A DNA stretch of 64,000 bases from Solirubrobacterales bacterium (GTDB lineage Bacteria; Actinomycetota; Thermoleophilia; Solirubrobacterales; 70-9), in contig DASXSZ010000203.1 of NCBI GenBank assembly GCA_036505735.1, forward strand, positions 1,658-65,657, given 5' to 3'. Numbering within the stretch: position 1 is the stretch's first letter; every line of letters starts with the position of its first letter. The notes beneath the pieces are model-generated. The model worked only from the letters and a program-made list of their open reading frames with translations, did not search any database and was not told the DNA's origin. Both the position numbers and the translations under genes were made by a program. Positions 1 through 8,873 of this stretch are shown in pieces.

Positions 1-998
1 CCCTCGACATGAAGGGTCAGGTCGCCTCGGAGGTCGCCGCCTGCCTCGCCCTCGGCGAGGGCGGCTGGCGCCCGGCGGTAGGAGAGCTGCTGCTCGTCCT
101 GACCGCCGACGAGGAGGTCGGCGGCGGCCTCGGCGCCCACTGGCTCTGCGAGACACATCCGGAGCTGGTGCGCAGCGACTTCGTCGTCAACGAGGGCGGC
201 GGCGAGCTGGTCGAGGTCGCCGGTCGCCGGCTCTACACGCTCAGCGTCGGTGAGAAGGGGATCTTTCGGATGCGGCTGCGGACCAAGGGGCAGGCCGGTC
301 ACGCCTCGCTCCCCCGGATCGGCGAGAACGCCCTCCTCAAGCTGTCGACCTACCTCGCCGCCCTCTCCGAGCAGCCCCCGCCCGAGCCGACGCCCGTCGG
401 CGAGGCGCTCCTGGAGGCGCTGCTCGGGCAGCCTTTCCCCGGCGAGGAGGGCGTCCGCGCCGGTCTCGACCGCCTGCGCGCGGAGCAGCCGCTGCTCGCC
501 GACTACCTGGTGGAGCCTATGCTCGGCGTGACCCTCACCCCGACCATCGCCGAGTCGGGAAAGAAGGCGAACGTGATCCCGTCCGAGGCGGAGGCGCTGA
601 TCGACTGCCGTGTGCCCCCGGGTTACGGCGAGGACGAGGCCCTCAGCCAACTCGGCGCGCTGATCGGCGATGGCGATTACAGCGTGGAGTTCAGCGAGGC
701 GGTGGTCGGCAACAGCTCGCCGATGGACTCGCCCCTCGCGGACGCGATCCGCGGCTGGCTGGCGGAGGTCGATCCGGGGGCCCACCTCGCACCGACGGTG
801 ATGCCGGGCTTCAGCGACAGCAACCCCTTTCGCACGGCCTTCCCCGATGCCGTCGTGTATGGCTTCTGCCCGCACCGGGAGATCGGCCTGCTCGAGGCCG
901 CCCCGCTGATCCACGGCGCCGACGAGCGCGTGCCCACCTCCGACATCGAGCTGGCCGCCCGCTTCTTCTACGAGCTGCCGCAGAGGATGCTTCGATGA
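1..998 (+). CDS. M20/M25/M40 family metallopeptidase, C-terminal ~330 aa (5' end lies upstream of the window)
   Basis: The frame is open from base 3 and enters inside the conserved DMKG motif (LDMKGQVAS). LTADEEVGG and VVNEGGG motifs typical of M20 enzymes follow. The stop TGA 996-998 overlaps the next start (ATGA). Confidence 0.8.
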   Translation, partial: LDMKGQVASEVAACLALGEGGWRPAVGELLLVLTADEEVGGGLGAHWLCETHPELVRSDFVVNEGGGELVEVAGRRLYTLSVGEKGIFRMRLRTKGQAGHASLPRIGENALLKLSTYLAALSEQPPPEPTPVGEALLEALLGQPFPGEEGVRAGLDRLRAEQPLLADYLVEPMLGVTLTPTIAESGKKANVIPSEAEALIDCRVPPGYGEDEALSQLGALIGDGDYSVEFSEAVVGNSSPMDSPLADAIRGWLAEVDPGAHLAPTVMPGFSDSNPFRTAFPDAVVYGFCPHREIGLLEAAPLIHGADERVPTSDIELAARFFYELPQRMLR

Positions 999-1864
999 GC
1001 GATCCCAGCCACAACGGCGACCGCGCGGAAGAGCGGGAGGAGTACGTCCTCCGGCTGGGCGGGATGGCCCTCCGCAACGGCCTCCTGATCCACGGTCCGA
1101 CCTCCTGGGCCGCCGCCGCCCGGGACGATTCCGGCGAGATCCAGGTCGCCTCGGGGCGCAAGCCTGTGCTGGCCCCCGAGCTGGCTGTCCGCGTTCCGCT
1201 GCTGCGAGGGCCGCTGCGGCTGGCCGAGGCTTTCCTGCTGATCCCGATGGTGCGGATGAGGCTACGGGCCGCCCGGCTTCCCTTCGAGGACGTCCGGGTG
1301 ATCGCCGCGATGTTCGTCGCCTCGAGCGCGAGCCGGGCGCTCCGTCGCAGGCCGTCCAGCGCCGGTGGTGAGCTCGTACAGGCGGTCCTTGGCCTCGCCC
1401 CGGCGATGGTGGCGCTCAGCGACCGCAACCTCGCCGCCTATCACGGCGTCGAGCACAAGGCGATCGGCGCCTATGAGGCCGGCTCGGACGACCCGGCCTC
1501 CGCGACGAAGGAGCACGAGCGCTGCGGCTCCAACCTCGTGGTCCCGATACTGGTGCTCTCCGCCGCCGGTCAGCTGATCCTGGAGCGCGCGCTGGAGAAC
1601 CCGGGCCCGGTGGCCCGCGCGGCCGTCGGCGTCGCCAGCGCGTCGCTGGCGGCGGAGATGTTCGCCTGGAGCGAGCGCAACCCGGAGACCTCGGCCGCCC
1701 GCGCCTTCCATCGCCCGGGCCACGAGATCCAGCGGCTGATCGCGACCAAAGAGCCCACCCCCGAGCAGCTCGAGGTCGGGGTGGCGGCGTTGGGCGAGAT
1801 CCTGCGGGTGGAGCAGGAGGCCGACGGCCAGAGCGCCCCGGGCGACCCGCTCCCTGCTACGTAG
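995..1864 (+). CDS. DUF1385 domain-containing protein (YqhQ-like)
   Basis: 289-aa ORF. LGGMALRNGLLIHGP...AARDDSGEI and the AYHGVEHKAI motif fit the DUF1385 pattern, and there are hydrophobic segments. It is coupled to the upstream gene by an ATGA overlap. Confidence 0.7.
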   Translation: MSDPSHNGDRAEEREEYVLRLGGMALRNGLLIHGPTSWAAAARDDSGEIQVASGRKPVLAPELAVRVPLLRGPLRLAEAFLLIPMVRMRLRAARLPFEDVRVIAAMFVASSASRALRRRPSSAGGELVQAVLGLAPAMVALSDRNLAAYHGVEHKAIGAYEAGSDDPASATKEHERCGSNLVVPILVLSAAGQLILERALENPGPVARAAVGVASASLAAEMFAWSERNPETSAARAFHRPGHEIQRLIATKEPTPEQLEVGVAALGEILRVEQEADGQSAPGDPLPAT

Positions 1865-1874
1865 ACTCCAGCGA

Positions 1875-2294
1875 GTGCTCGGCCGGATCGACCACATCGG
1901 CGTCGCCACCGACGACCTCGACGGGGCAATCGCCCTCTACGAGGGGACCCTCGGGATGCCGGTGGCCCATCGCGAGACCGTCGAGAGCCAGGGAGTCGAG
2001 GCGGTCTTGCTCGACGTCGGCGAGGGCCACGTCGAGCTGCTGCGCCCGCTCCGCCCCGATACGCCGGTCGGCAGGTACCTCGACGAGAAGGGGCCTGGGC
2101 TGCACCACGTCGCCTACGCCGTGGAAGACATCGAGGACGTCCTCAACCGGCTCAAGGAGGCTGGGATCGAGCTGATCGACGCCGAGCCGCGCGTCGGGAT
2201 ACGCGAATCCCGGGTCGCCTTCGTTCATCCGCACTCGACGGGCGGCGTTCTGACGGAGATCGTCGAGCCGGCGGAGCGTTCTGATGGCGGCTGA
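1875..2294 (+). CDS. mce: methylmalonyl-CoA epimerase (VOC/glyoxalase fold)
   Basis: 139 aa with a GTG start. LGRIDHIGVAT...GPGLHHVAYAVEDI...VAFVHPHSTGGVLTEIVE resembles the epimerase family along its whole length. Confidence 0.85.
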   Translation: MLGRIDHIGVATDDLDGAIALYEGTLGMPVAHRETVESQGVEAVLLDVGEGHVELLRPLRPDTPVGRYLDEKGPGLHHVAYAVEDIEDVLNRLKEAGIELIDAEPRVGIRESRVAFVHPHSTGGVLTEIVEPAERSDGG

Positions 2295-2499
2295 GCGGGT
2301 CTCGATCGGGTTCTCCGGCGGGCAGGTCGTCGAGGTCCGGCTCGACGACGGGAAGCTGAAGGACCTGCGCAAGGCCCTCGACAAGGCCGACGGCTGGACC
2401 GACCTCGACACCGAGGAGGGCCTGGTCTCCATCGATCTGCGCGAGGTCGTCTTCGTTCGCAGCGCCGCCACGCCGCAGCGCATCGGCTTCGGAGGGTGA
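2284..2499 (+). CDS. small DUF3107-like protein
   Basis: 71 aa, overlapping the mce 3' end by 11 nt. The pattern ...LDTEEGLVSIDLREVVFVRSAATPQRIGFGG resembles the C-terminal signature of the actinobacterial DUF3107 (TB9.4-like) family. GC3-rich. Confidence 0.5.
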   Translation: MAAERVSIGFSGGQVVEVRLDDGKLKDLRKALDKADGWTDLDTEEGLVSIDLREVVFVRSAATPQRIGFGG

Positions 2500-2506
2500 C
2501 GCTGCC

Positions 2507-3523
2507 CTAGCCGCGAGCCGCCAGAGCGGCCCAGAGCCGCGCCTCGGCATCGAGCACCTTGGCGGCTTCGGATGCCATCGCCCTCCAGTGCCCCGGGTCC
2601 GGATGCTCGGGCTCGCTCGCGGTGCGGGCCGCCAGTGCGAGCGCGGTCCAGTCCTTCGCCGCCTCGCCGGCTAGGTCCGCCTCCTCGTAGCCCGCCTCTT
2701 CGAGGAAGCGCGAGTACATGCGACGGAAGTTCCCGCCGCCGGTTCCCCGGCGCTCGATCACCTGGTAGAGGAAGCGGGCGCACCACTGCCAGTCCTCAGC
2801 CGCCTCGGGCCAGTCTCCGATCTCGGCGGCGAAGCGGCGCAGCGCGGGAAGCCCCTCGAAGTCGCCCAGCGGCGGCTCGAGCATCTGGGCGGCGGCGTGC
2901 TCGATTGCCCGAGGGGCGTGCGCGAGCAGGTCGTCCCGGTCGAGCTCGGTGCCCTCGGGGACGTCGATCGCATGGCCCTCGAGGGGGAAGATCGGCTGCC
3001 GCGAGTGGCGCGCCTCGCGCAACCCCTCCAGCGAGGTGGTCTGCAGGTCCTCGAAGGCGGTGTCGGAGAGCCAGGCGAGTTCCTCGTCGTAGCCGGCGAG
3101 GATCACGGCGTGGCCCGGGAAGTGGGCCGAGCGGCCGTAGTGATCGAGGTAGTAGAGGTCGGTGAGCAGGAGAACCGGCCTGCCCTCGTCGACCGCCTCG
3201 CGGGCCATCTCCCAGGAGGCCTCGGGGTCGGCCTCCGTCCGGAGCCGCAGCGGCGCGCCGGTCAGCTCGAGGAAGTTCTCCTCCAGACGGGCCGCCCTGC
3301 CGTTCGTGAAGCGCGAGGGGGAGTGCTCGTCGAGCACCACGTAGTAAAAGCAGGCGCCTGCGCCGAGGCCGAACGCCATCTCCTCGGAGATCTCCACGCC
3401 GTGGAAACCGAGCAGGTTGCGCAGCGCGGTCGATCCGCAGTGGTTTCCCGGCACGTGGCGGTAACCGGGCACCATCACCCTGTTGGCGGTCTCGGCCACC
3501 TCTCGATTGTCGCCTACATTCAA
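2507..3523 (-). CDS. BtrH N-terminal domain / DUF4872 family protein (papain/C39-like Cys-His fold)
   Basis: PGNHCGSTALRNLLGFHG supplies the candidate Cys and FPGHAVILAGYD the candidate His, followed by a helical C-terminal half. The start is either TTG 3523 (TTGA overlap with the upstream stop) or ATG 3475. Confidence 0.7.
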   Translation of the reverse strand: MNVGDNREVAETANRVMVPGYRHVPGNHCGSTALRNLLGFHGVEISEEMAFGLGAGACFYYVVLDEHSPSRFTNGRAARLEENFLELTGAPLRLRTEADPEASWEMAREAVDEGRPVLLLTDLYYLDHYGRSAHFPGHAVILAGYDEELAWLSDTAFEDLQTTSLEGLREARHSRQPIFPLEGHAIDVPEGTELDRDDLLAHAPRAIEHAAAQMLEPPLGDFEGLPALRRFAAEIGDWPEAAEDWQWCARFLYQVIERRGTGGGNFRRMYSRFLEEAGYEEADLAGEAAKDWTALALAARTASEPEHPDPGHWRAMASEAAKVLDAEARLWAALAARG

Positions 3524-4650
3524 CGGGTCGCGCTTTCGCGCGCCCCCGCATCATTTGCGACCCGCGCCCGAAGCCGCAGGTACTCGGCGCGGTCCTTGAA
3601 GCTGCGACGCATCTCGGAGGTCAGCTCGCCCAGGAACTCCTCCCGATAGGTCGAGTCCGTGAAGATGGCGATCGAGAAGTAGAAGCCCGAGAAGGCCGCC
3701 AGCCCAGCCGCCACGCGAAGCAGCTGGCCGGTGAGCTCGAGGCGCTCCCCGAAGAGGTGGAAATGGAAGAGCTCGTGCCCCGGGGTGCCGAGCCATTGCG
3801 TGCGCAGGTTCTCGTCGATGGCCAGCACCCCGAAGACGGTCAGGAAGGCACCGATCATCACGCTGACCAGCAGGACCTGCACGGCCTGGCTGACGAACAT
3901 CACCAGCTCGACGTTGAAGAGCTGCACGCGTCGCAGCGGGGCGCTCTCCTGGCCGACCTCGCGCTCGAGCGCCCGCGCCTCGCGCGGCAGCCGGACCGCC
4001 AGGAACGCCGCCCCCAGCAGCGCCAGCATCCCCAGCATCGTGGCGTAGATGCCCCGCGTCGGGTCGGAGAAGATCCCCCAGAGCTCCTGGGTGGGGAACG
4101 AGAGCAGCACGAAGATCGCGAGCAGGGGAACCGCACGGGCGAGCAGGGTGAACGCCGAGCGCAGCTGGGCGACGATCCGCTCCAGGACCCAGCGGACAAT
4201 CGAGAAAAACCCGAGTCCGACAACGGCGTAGATCACCGCCAGCAAGACGACGTTCGCGCCGGCGGTGACCAGGGCGCTGCCGACCTGGCCGCCGAAGATC
4301 AGCGGCAGGACGGCCGGGATCAGAACGAAGCCCGCCAGCTCGGTCTTGCCGAGCCGCTCCGGGATCGCCCTCAGCCGCCTGCCCCGCGCCCGGTTGCCCA
4401 CGGCGACCGCCACCAGGAGGATCGCCAGGCCGCCGGCCACCGCCAGCACGTTCTGCCACCAGGTCCAGTCGAGGTTGCCGGCGCCGAGCAGCTCACCGAG
4501 CAGGACCAGGCCGAGGAGCGGGGCGGCGCGATTGAAGACGTCCTCGTACGGGGAGATGTCCTCGCTGAACAGGGGCAGGCCGGCGCGCCGAAACGACGTC
4601 TCGTACTCGCGCAGCCGCTCGGAGTCGGAGATCCCCACGAGACGGGTCAC
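3520..4650 (-). CDS. polytopic integral membrane protein, function unknown
   Basis: 376-aa GC3-rich ORF with a GTG start, several long hydrophobic helices and a charged N-terminal cytoplasmic segment. No catalytic motif recognised. Confidence 0.7.
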   Translation of the reverse strand: MTRLVGISDSERLREYETSFRRAGLPLFSEDISPYEDVFNRAAPLLGLVLLGELLGAGNLDWTWWQNVLAVAGGLAILLVAVAVGNRARGRRLRAIPERLGKTELAGFVLIPAVLPLIFGGQVGSALVTAGANVVLLAVIYAVVGLGFFSIVRWVLERIVAQLRSAFTLLARAVPLLAIFVLLSFPTQELWGIFSDPTRGIYATMLGMLALLGAAFLAVRLPREARALEREVGQESAPLRRVQLFNVELVMFVSQAVQVLLVSVMIGAFLTVFGVLAIDENLRTQWLGTPGHELFHFHLFGERLELTGQLLRVAAGLAAFSGFYFSIAIFTDSTYREEFLGELTSEMRRSFKDRAEYLRLRARVANDAGARESATR

Positions 4651-4658
4651 GCTATCGC

Positions 4659-5180
4659 GTGCCCTCGCATCAACCGTATTCTGCGCCGGTGCCGCAGGAG
4701 CTGGACAGCCGCCTGCTCTACGCCATGCGTACCCGCTTCCACGGCCGCGCTGCCGAGACAGTCGCGAGGGGCCTCGGCAGGATCGGGGGGTACGGCGCGG
4801 TCTGGCTCGTCATCGGGATCGTGCTCGCCTTCGCCGACCCCGACAACGGTGAGGATTGGCTGCTGGCCGGGATCCTCGGGCCGGTCGCGATCGGCCTCAA
4901 CTTCGCTGTCAAGGTGATCGTCAGGCGACCGCGGCCGGTGCTCGAGGGGCTGCCGCCGCTGGGCGGCGCGCCGAGCTCGCTGAGCTTCCCCTCCGCCCAC
5001 GCGACATCCTCGTTCGCCTGCGCGACCGCGATGACGAGGATCGCACCGGAGGCCGCGATTCTCTTCCTGCTGGCCGCGGCGATCGGAGCCTGCAGGCCAT
5101 ACCTCGGCATGCACTACCCGTCCGACGTGCTCGGAGGGGCGTTGCTGGGCACGGCCCTGGGCCTGGTCGTGCCGCTGTAG
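4659..5180 (+). CDS. PAP2 family phosphatase
   Basis: The three PAP2 motifs are present: KVIVRRPRP, SFPSAHATS and GMHYPSDVLGG. The first codons after 4659 end in A/T, so the true start is more likely GTG 4689 or ATG 4725. Confidence 0.8.
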   Translation: MPSHQPYSAPVPQELDSRLLYAMRTRFHGRAAETVARGLGRIGGYGAVWLVIGIVLAFADPDNGEDWLLAGILGPVAIGLNFAVKVIVRRPRPVLEGLPPLGGAPSSLSFPSAHATSSFACATAMTRIAPEAAILFLLAAAIGACRPYLGMHYPSDVLGGALLGTALGLVVPL

Positions 5181-5190
5181 TGGGACGACG

Positions 5191-6264
5191 ATGAAGATCG
5201 GCATCGTGGGCATGCCCAACGCGGGCAAGTCGACCCTCTTCAACGCGCTCACAGCCGCCGGCGCCGAGACCGGCGACTACCCCTTCACGACCGTCGAGCC
5301 CAACGTCGCGGTAGTGCAGGTGCCGGACGAGCGGGTCGAGAGGATCGCGGAGACTGTGGGCTGCTCTGAGATCGTCCGGGAGACCATCGACTTCCACGAC
5401 ATCGCCGGGCTGGTCAAGGGGGCGTCGCAGGGGGAGGGTCTGGGCAACCGGTTCCTGGCCTCGATCCGTGAGACCGACGCGATCTGCCACGTGATCCGCG
5501 CACATGGCGCGAGCACCGTCGCGCATCCGGAGGGCCGCGTGGATCCGGTCGCCGACGCCGAGCTGATCGAGACCGAGCTCCTCGCGGCCGACCTCGAGGG
5601 CGCCGAGCGCCGGCTGGAGCGGATCGCGAAGCAGGCCCGTTCTCAGGACAAGGAGGCGGTCGCGGAGCGGGAATGGCTCGATCGCGTCGTCGAGGCGCTG
5701 GCGGCAGGTCGCTCGGCCCGCGAGGTCCCCGTATCCGACGCGGCCCCGGACGCGCTGCGCAAGCTCTCGCCCCTGACGGCCAAGCCGGTCCTCTACGTCG
5801 TCAACGTCGACGAGGGCGAGACCGAAGCGCCGCCGGGGCTCGTCGCCCACGCGGACGAGGTGGAGGCGAAAGTAGTGGTGATCTCGGCGAGGGTCGAGGC
5901 GGAGCTGCGCGAGCTCGATCCCGCAGAGGCGGAGGAGATGCGCGGAGAGCTCGGCATCGAGCGCTCCGGCCTCGAGCGGCTAATCCGCGCTGCGTTCGAG
6001 CTCCTCGACCTGGTGACGTTCTTCACCGCCGACACGGGGAAGGAGGCCCAGGCGCGGACGCTGCGCCGCGGCGGCACCGCCTACGACGCCGCGGGGCGGG
6101 TCCACACGGACATCCAGCGCGCGTTCGTGCGCGCGGAGGTGATCCCCTGGAACGAGCTGGTCGACGCCGGCGGCTACGCGGCGGCCCGCGATCGGGGGAC
6201 GCTCCGCATCGAGGGGCGCGACTACGTCGTCCAGGACGGCGACGTGGTCCACATCAGGACGTAG
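5191..6264 (+). CDS. ychF: redox-regulated ATPase YchF
   Basis: MKIGIVGMPNAGKSTLFNALT P-loop, an FTTVEPN switch region and a C-terminal TGS-like segment ending DGDVVHIRT. 357 aa is a typical length. Confidence 0.95.
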   Translation: MKIGIVGMPNAGKSTLFNALTAAGAETGDYPFTTVEPNVAVVQVPDERVERIAETVGCSEIVRETIDFHDIAGLVKGASQGEGLGNRFLASIRETDAICHVIRAHGASTVAHPEGRVDPVADAELIETELLAADLEGAERRLERIAKQARSQDKEAVAEREWLDRVVEALAAGRSAREVPVSDAAPDALRKLSPLTAKPVLYVVNVDEGETEAPPGLVAHADEVEAKVVVISARVEAELRELDPAEAEEMRGELGIERSGLERLIRAAFELLDLVTFFTADTGKEAQARTLRRGGTAYDAAGRVHTDIQRAFVRAEVIPWNELVDAGGYAAARDRGTLRIEGRDYVVQDGDVVHIRT

Positions 6265-6274
6265 AGTCGCCTCG

Positions 6275-7021
6275 ATGACTGCGCCGCGCCCGACAGGTGA
6301 TCGCCTGGCGCTGATCTACGGCAACAGCCTGCCCGAGGGCGAGGAGCCGATCGAGGGCAAGCGGGTCAGATTCGACGCGGGCGGGGTGCTGCCCGTGGAC
6401 GCGATCGACGGAGGCGACGTCGTCGCGATTCCGAGGCACGGGTTCGAGCGGGACATCCCCGCTCATCTGGTCGATCACCACGCCAACATCCGCGGCGCCT
6501 GCGAGCTCGGCTGCAACCGGGTCCTCGCCCTCGGCTCCGCGGGGAGCCTCGACAAGGACCTGAGGGTCGGCACCCTGATCTGCCCGGAGGACTTCTACGC
6601 GCCGGACATCGCGCCGAGCTTCTACCGCGATCCGCGCGGGCACAGCGTCCCGGGCTTCGACGCCGAGTGGAGACGGGTGGTGATCAGCGCCTGGAACTCG
6701 CTGACGAAGACGAAGCTCGAGGACGGCGGCGTCTACGCGCAGACGATCGGCCCGCGCTTCGAGACGCCGGCCGAGGTCGTGGCGCTCTCCGAGGTCGCCG
6801 ACCTGGTCGGGATGACGATCGCCGCCGAGGCGGTGCTCGCCGGCGAGGCGGCGCTGGCCTACGCGGCCGTCTGCACGATCGACAATCTGGCCAACGGCAT
6901 CTCGGACAAGCCGCTGACCGTGAGCGAGTACCGGCGGGGGCGGGACGAGACGGCGGAGACCCTGTCCGCGGCGCTCGAGTTCGTGCTGCCCGCTCTCGCC
7001 AAGGACCTGCCCGGCAGTTGA
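6275..7021 (+). CDS. MTAP-family purine nucleoside phosphorylase (S-methyl-5'-thioadenosine or methylthioinosine phosphorylase)
   Basis: IPRHGFERDIPAHLVDHHANI, GPRFETPAEV and DLVGMTIAAEAVLAGE...CTIDNLANG are PNP/MTAP family motifs. At 248 aa it is on the short side. Confidence 0.8.
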   Translation: MTAPRPTGDRLALIYGNSLPEGEEPIEGKRVRFDAGGVLPVDAIDGGDVVAIPRHGFERDIPAHLVDHHANIRGACELGCNRVLALGSAGSLDKDLRVGTLICPEDFYAPDIAPSFYRDPRGHSVPGFDAEWRRVVISAWNSLTKTKLEDGGVYAQTIGPRFETPAEVVALSEVADLVGMTIAAEAVLAGEAALAYAAVCTIDNLANGISDKPLTVSEYRRGRDETAETLSAALEFVLPALAKDLPGS

Positions 7022-8265
7022 GCCTCGCGGTCACCGACGCGGCGCTGGGCGGTGAGGAGGTCGGCCTGCGGGTCGAGGACGGGCTGATCGCGGAGCTCGG
7101 CCCGTCCGTGCTGCCCCGGTCCGCCGACGAGCTGATCGATGGGACCGGCCTGTGGCTCTGCCCGCCGATGGTCAACGGGCACACGCACGCCGCAATGACC
7201 CTCTTCCGGGGGTTCGGAGACGACATGCCCCTGATGGAGTGGCTGAGGACGAGGATCTGGCCCGCCGAGGCCAAGCTCGAGCCGGAGGACGTCTACTGGG
7301 GGACCCGCCTCGCCTGCCTCGAGATGATCCGCTCGGGCACCACGAAGTTCGTGGACATGTATTGGCACGGGGCCGAGGTCGCGCGCGCGGTGGTCGACTC
7401 CGGGATCCGCGCGGTGGTGAGCTCGGTGATGATCGATCAGCTCGATCCGGCCCGGGGGGAGCGGATGCGGCCCGAGATCCTCGAGGTGCTCGACCGGATA
7501 GCCGGGGCGGATCCGCGGGTTGAGCCCAGCCTCGGTCCCCACTCGATCTACACGGTGAGCGCGGAGTCCCTCGCCTGGATCGCCGAGCTCGCCGCCCAGC
7601 GCGAGATCCCGGCCCAAATCCACCTCTCCGAGACCGAGCAGGAGGTGAGCGACTGCCTCGAGGCCCACGGGAAGCGGCCGGCAGCCTACCTCGACGAGCT
7701 CGGCCTCCTCGGGCCCAGGACCCTGCTGGCCCACGGCGTCTGGCTCGACGACTCGGAGCTCGAGCTGATCGCCGAGCGCGGCGCGACCGTCGTCTCCAAT
7801 CCGGCGGCGAACATGAAGCTCGCCGTCGGAGGAGTGCTGCCGTATCCCGCCGCGGCGCGGGCCGGAGTCTCGATCGGGCTCGGCACGGACGGCGTCTCCT
7901 CGAACTCCAACCTCGACATGTTCGAGGAGGTGAAGCTCTTCGCCCTCTCGCAGAAGCACGCGAGCGGCGACTCGGCGACTCTGCCGGCGTCCGAGGCGTT
8001 GGCGATCGCCAGGGGACAGCGCTCGCCCGCCCTGGGCGCCACCCCGCTCGCCGCGGGGGAGCCGGCCGACTTCCTGCTGCTGCGCGGCTCGGACCCGGAG
8101 CTCTCCGCGGGCGAGCCGGATGCCGACCTCGTCTACGCCGCGGGCGGGTCCGTCGTCGACACGACCGTGGTGGCGGGCCGGGTGCTGATGCGCGGCCGGG
8201 TAGTGCCCGGCGTCGAGGAGATCGTTGCCGAAGTGCGGGCGCGCGCCAAACGGCTCACGGGGTAA
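7018..8265 (+). CDS. mtaD: amidohydrolase, 5-methylthioadenosine/S-adenosylhomocysteine deaminase-like
   Basis: PPMVNGHTHAAMTLFRGFGDDMPLMEWL (HxH metal site), IHLSETEQEV and GLGTDGVSSN fit this family. The TTG start at 7018 overlaps the stop of the phosphorylase gene (TTGA). The Arg-rich upstream part of the ORF-track entry 6667-7017 overlaps the phosphorylase gene and is not counted. Confidence 0.8.
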   Translation: MSLAVTDAALGGEEVGLRVEDGLIAELGPSVLPRSADELIDGTGLWLCPPMVNGHTHAAMTLFRGFGDDMPLMEWLRTRIWPAEAKLEPEDVYWGTRLACLEMIRSGTTKFVDMYWHGAEVARAVVDSGIRAVVSSVMIDQLDPARGERMRPEILEVLDRIAGADPRVEPSLGPHSIYTVSAESLAWIAELAAQREIPAQIHLSETEQEVSDCLEAHGKRPAAYLDELGLLGPRTLLAHGVWLDDSELELIAERGATVVSNPAANMKLAVGGVLPYPAAARAGVSIGLGTDGVSSNSNLDMFEEVKLFALSQKHASGDSATLPASEALAIARGQRSPALGATPLAAGEPADFLLLRGSDPELSAGEPDADLVYAAGGSVVDTTVVAGRVLMRGRVVPGVEEIVAEVRARAKRLTG

Positions 8266-8287
8266 GAATCCCCGAGCCGGTTCGACC

Positions 8288-8863
8288 ATGGCCCAGATCG
8301 TGCTCTTCCATTCCGCGCAGGGGCTTCGCCCGGGCGTCACCCAGTGGGCCGATTCGCTGCGCGAGGGGGGCCACGAGGTCTGGACCCCGGACGTGTTCGA
8401 GGGCAGGACCTTCGACCGGCTCGAGGACGGGATCGCCCACCGCGACCAGCTCGGCATTCCCGAGCTGATGAAGCGGACGGCGGACGCGCTCGAGGAGCTG
8501 CCCGCCGAGCTCGTCTACGCGGGGTTCTCGATGGGCGCCGCCACGGGGCACTACTTCGCCCTCACGCGGCCGGGCGCCCGCGCGGCGCTGCTGATGCACG
8601 CCGTCGCCCCGGAGGAGACGCTCGGCGGCAAGTCCTGGCCGGCCGGGGTGCCGGCGCAGGTCCACTACGCGGTCGACGATCCCTTCATGAACGCAGGCGA
8701 TGTACCCGATCTCGAGCGCGCCGCCGGCGAGCTCGTCGAGACCTACACCTATCCCGGCGACGGCCACCTGTTCGCCGACCCCGACGCGCCGGAGTACGAC
8801 CACGCCTCGGCGGAGCTCATGCTCGAGCGCGAGCTCGCGTTCCTCGAGCGGCTCAGCAGATAG
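8288..8863 (+). CDS. dienelactone hydrolase family alpha/beta hydrolase
   Basis: MAQIVLFHSAQGLRPG..., a GFSMGA nucleophile elbow and a C-terminal YPGDGHLF with the catalytic His. ATG at 8288. Confidence 0.75.
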   Translation: MAQIVLFHSAQGLRPGVTQWADSLREGGHEVWTPDVFEGRTFDRLEDGIAHRDQLGIPELMKRTADALEELPAELVYAGFSMGAATGHYFALTRPGARAALLMHAVAPEETLGGKSWPAGVPAQVHYAVDDPFMNAGDVPDLERAAGELVETYTYPGDGHLFADPDAPEYDHASAELMLERELAFLERLSR

Positions 8864-8873
8864 CGTCTCGGCG

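Noticed and set aside
4651-4658. Apparent 8-bp gap (4651-4658) and 13-bp gap (16965-16977) between divergent start codons.
   Set aside because: These are probably artefacts of longest-ORF calling. The first PAP2 codons are A/T-ending, and better starts exist at 4689 or 4725. The lipoprotein has a better-placed GTG at 16922 with AGGA upstream. The real spacers are then about 38 bp and about 55 bp.
6667-7017. N-terminal 117-aa extension of the amidohydrolase ORF.
   Set aside because: It is Arg/Gly-rich and overlaps the 3' half of the MTAP-family gene in another frame. Family similarity begins right after TTG 7018.
6859-8457. Other long antisense or alternative-frame ORFs: 6859-8457, 13135-14388, 18688-19761, 3757-4917, 58883-60796 and 61374-63266.
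   Set aside because: Each overlaps a gene with clear family motifs on the other strand or frame. None shows a recognisable domain. High-GC genomes generate such open frames by chance.
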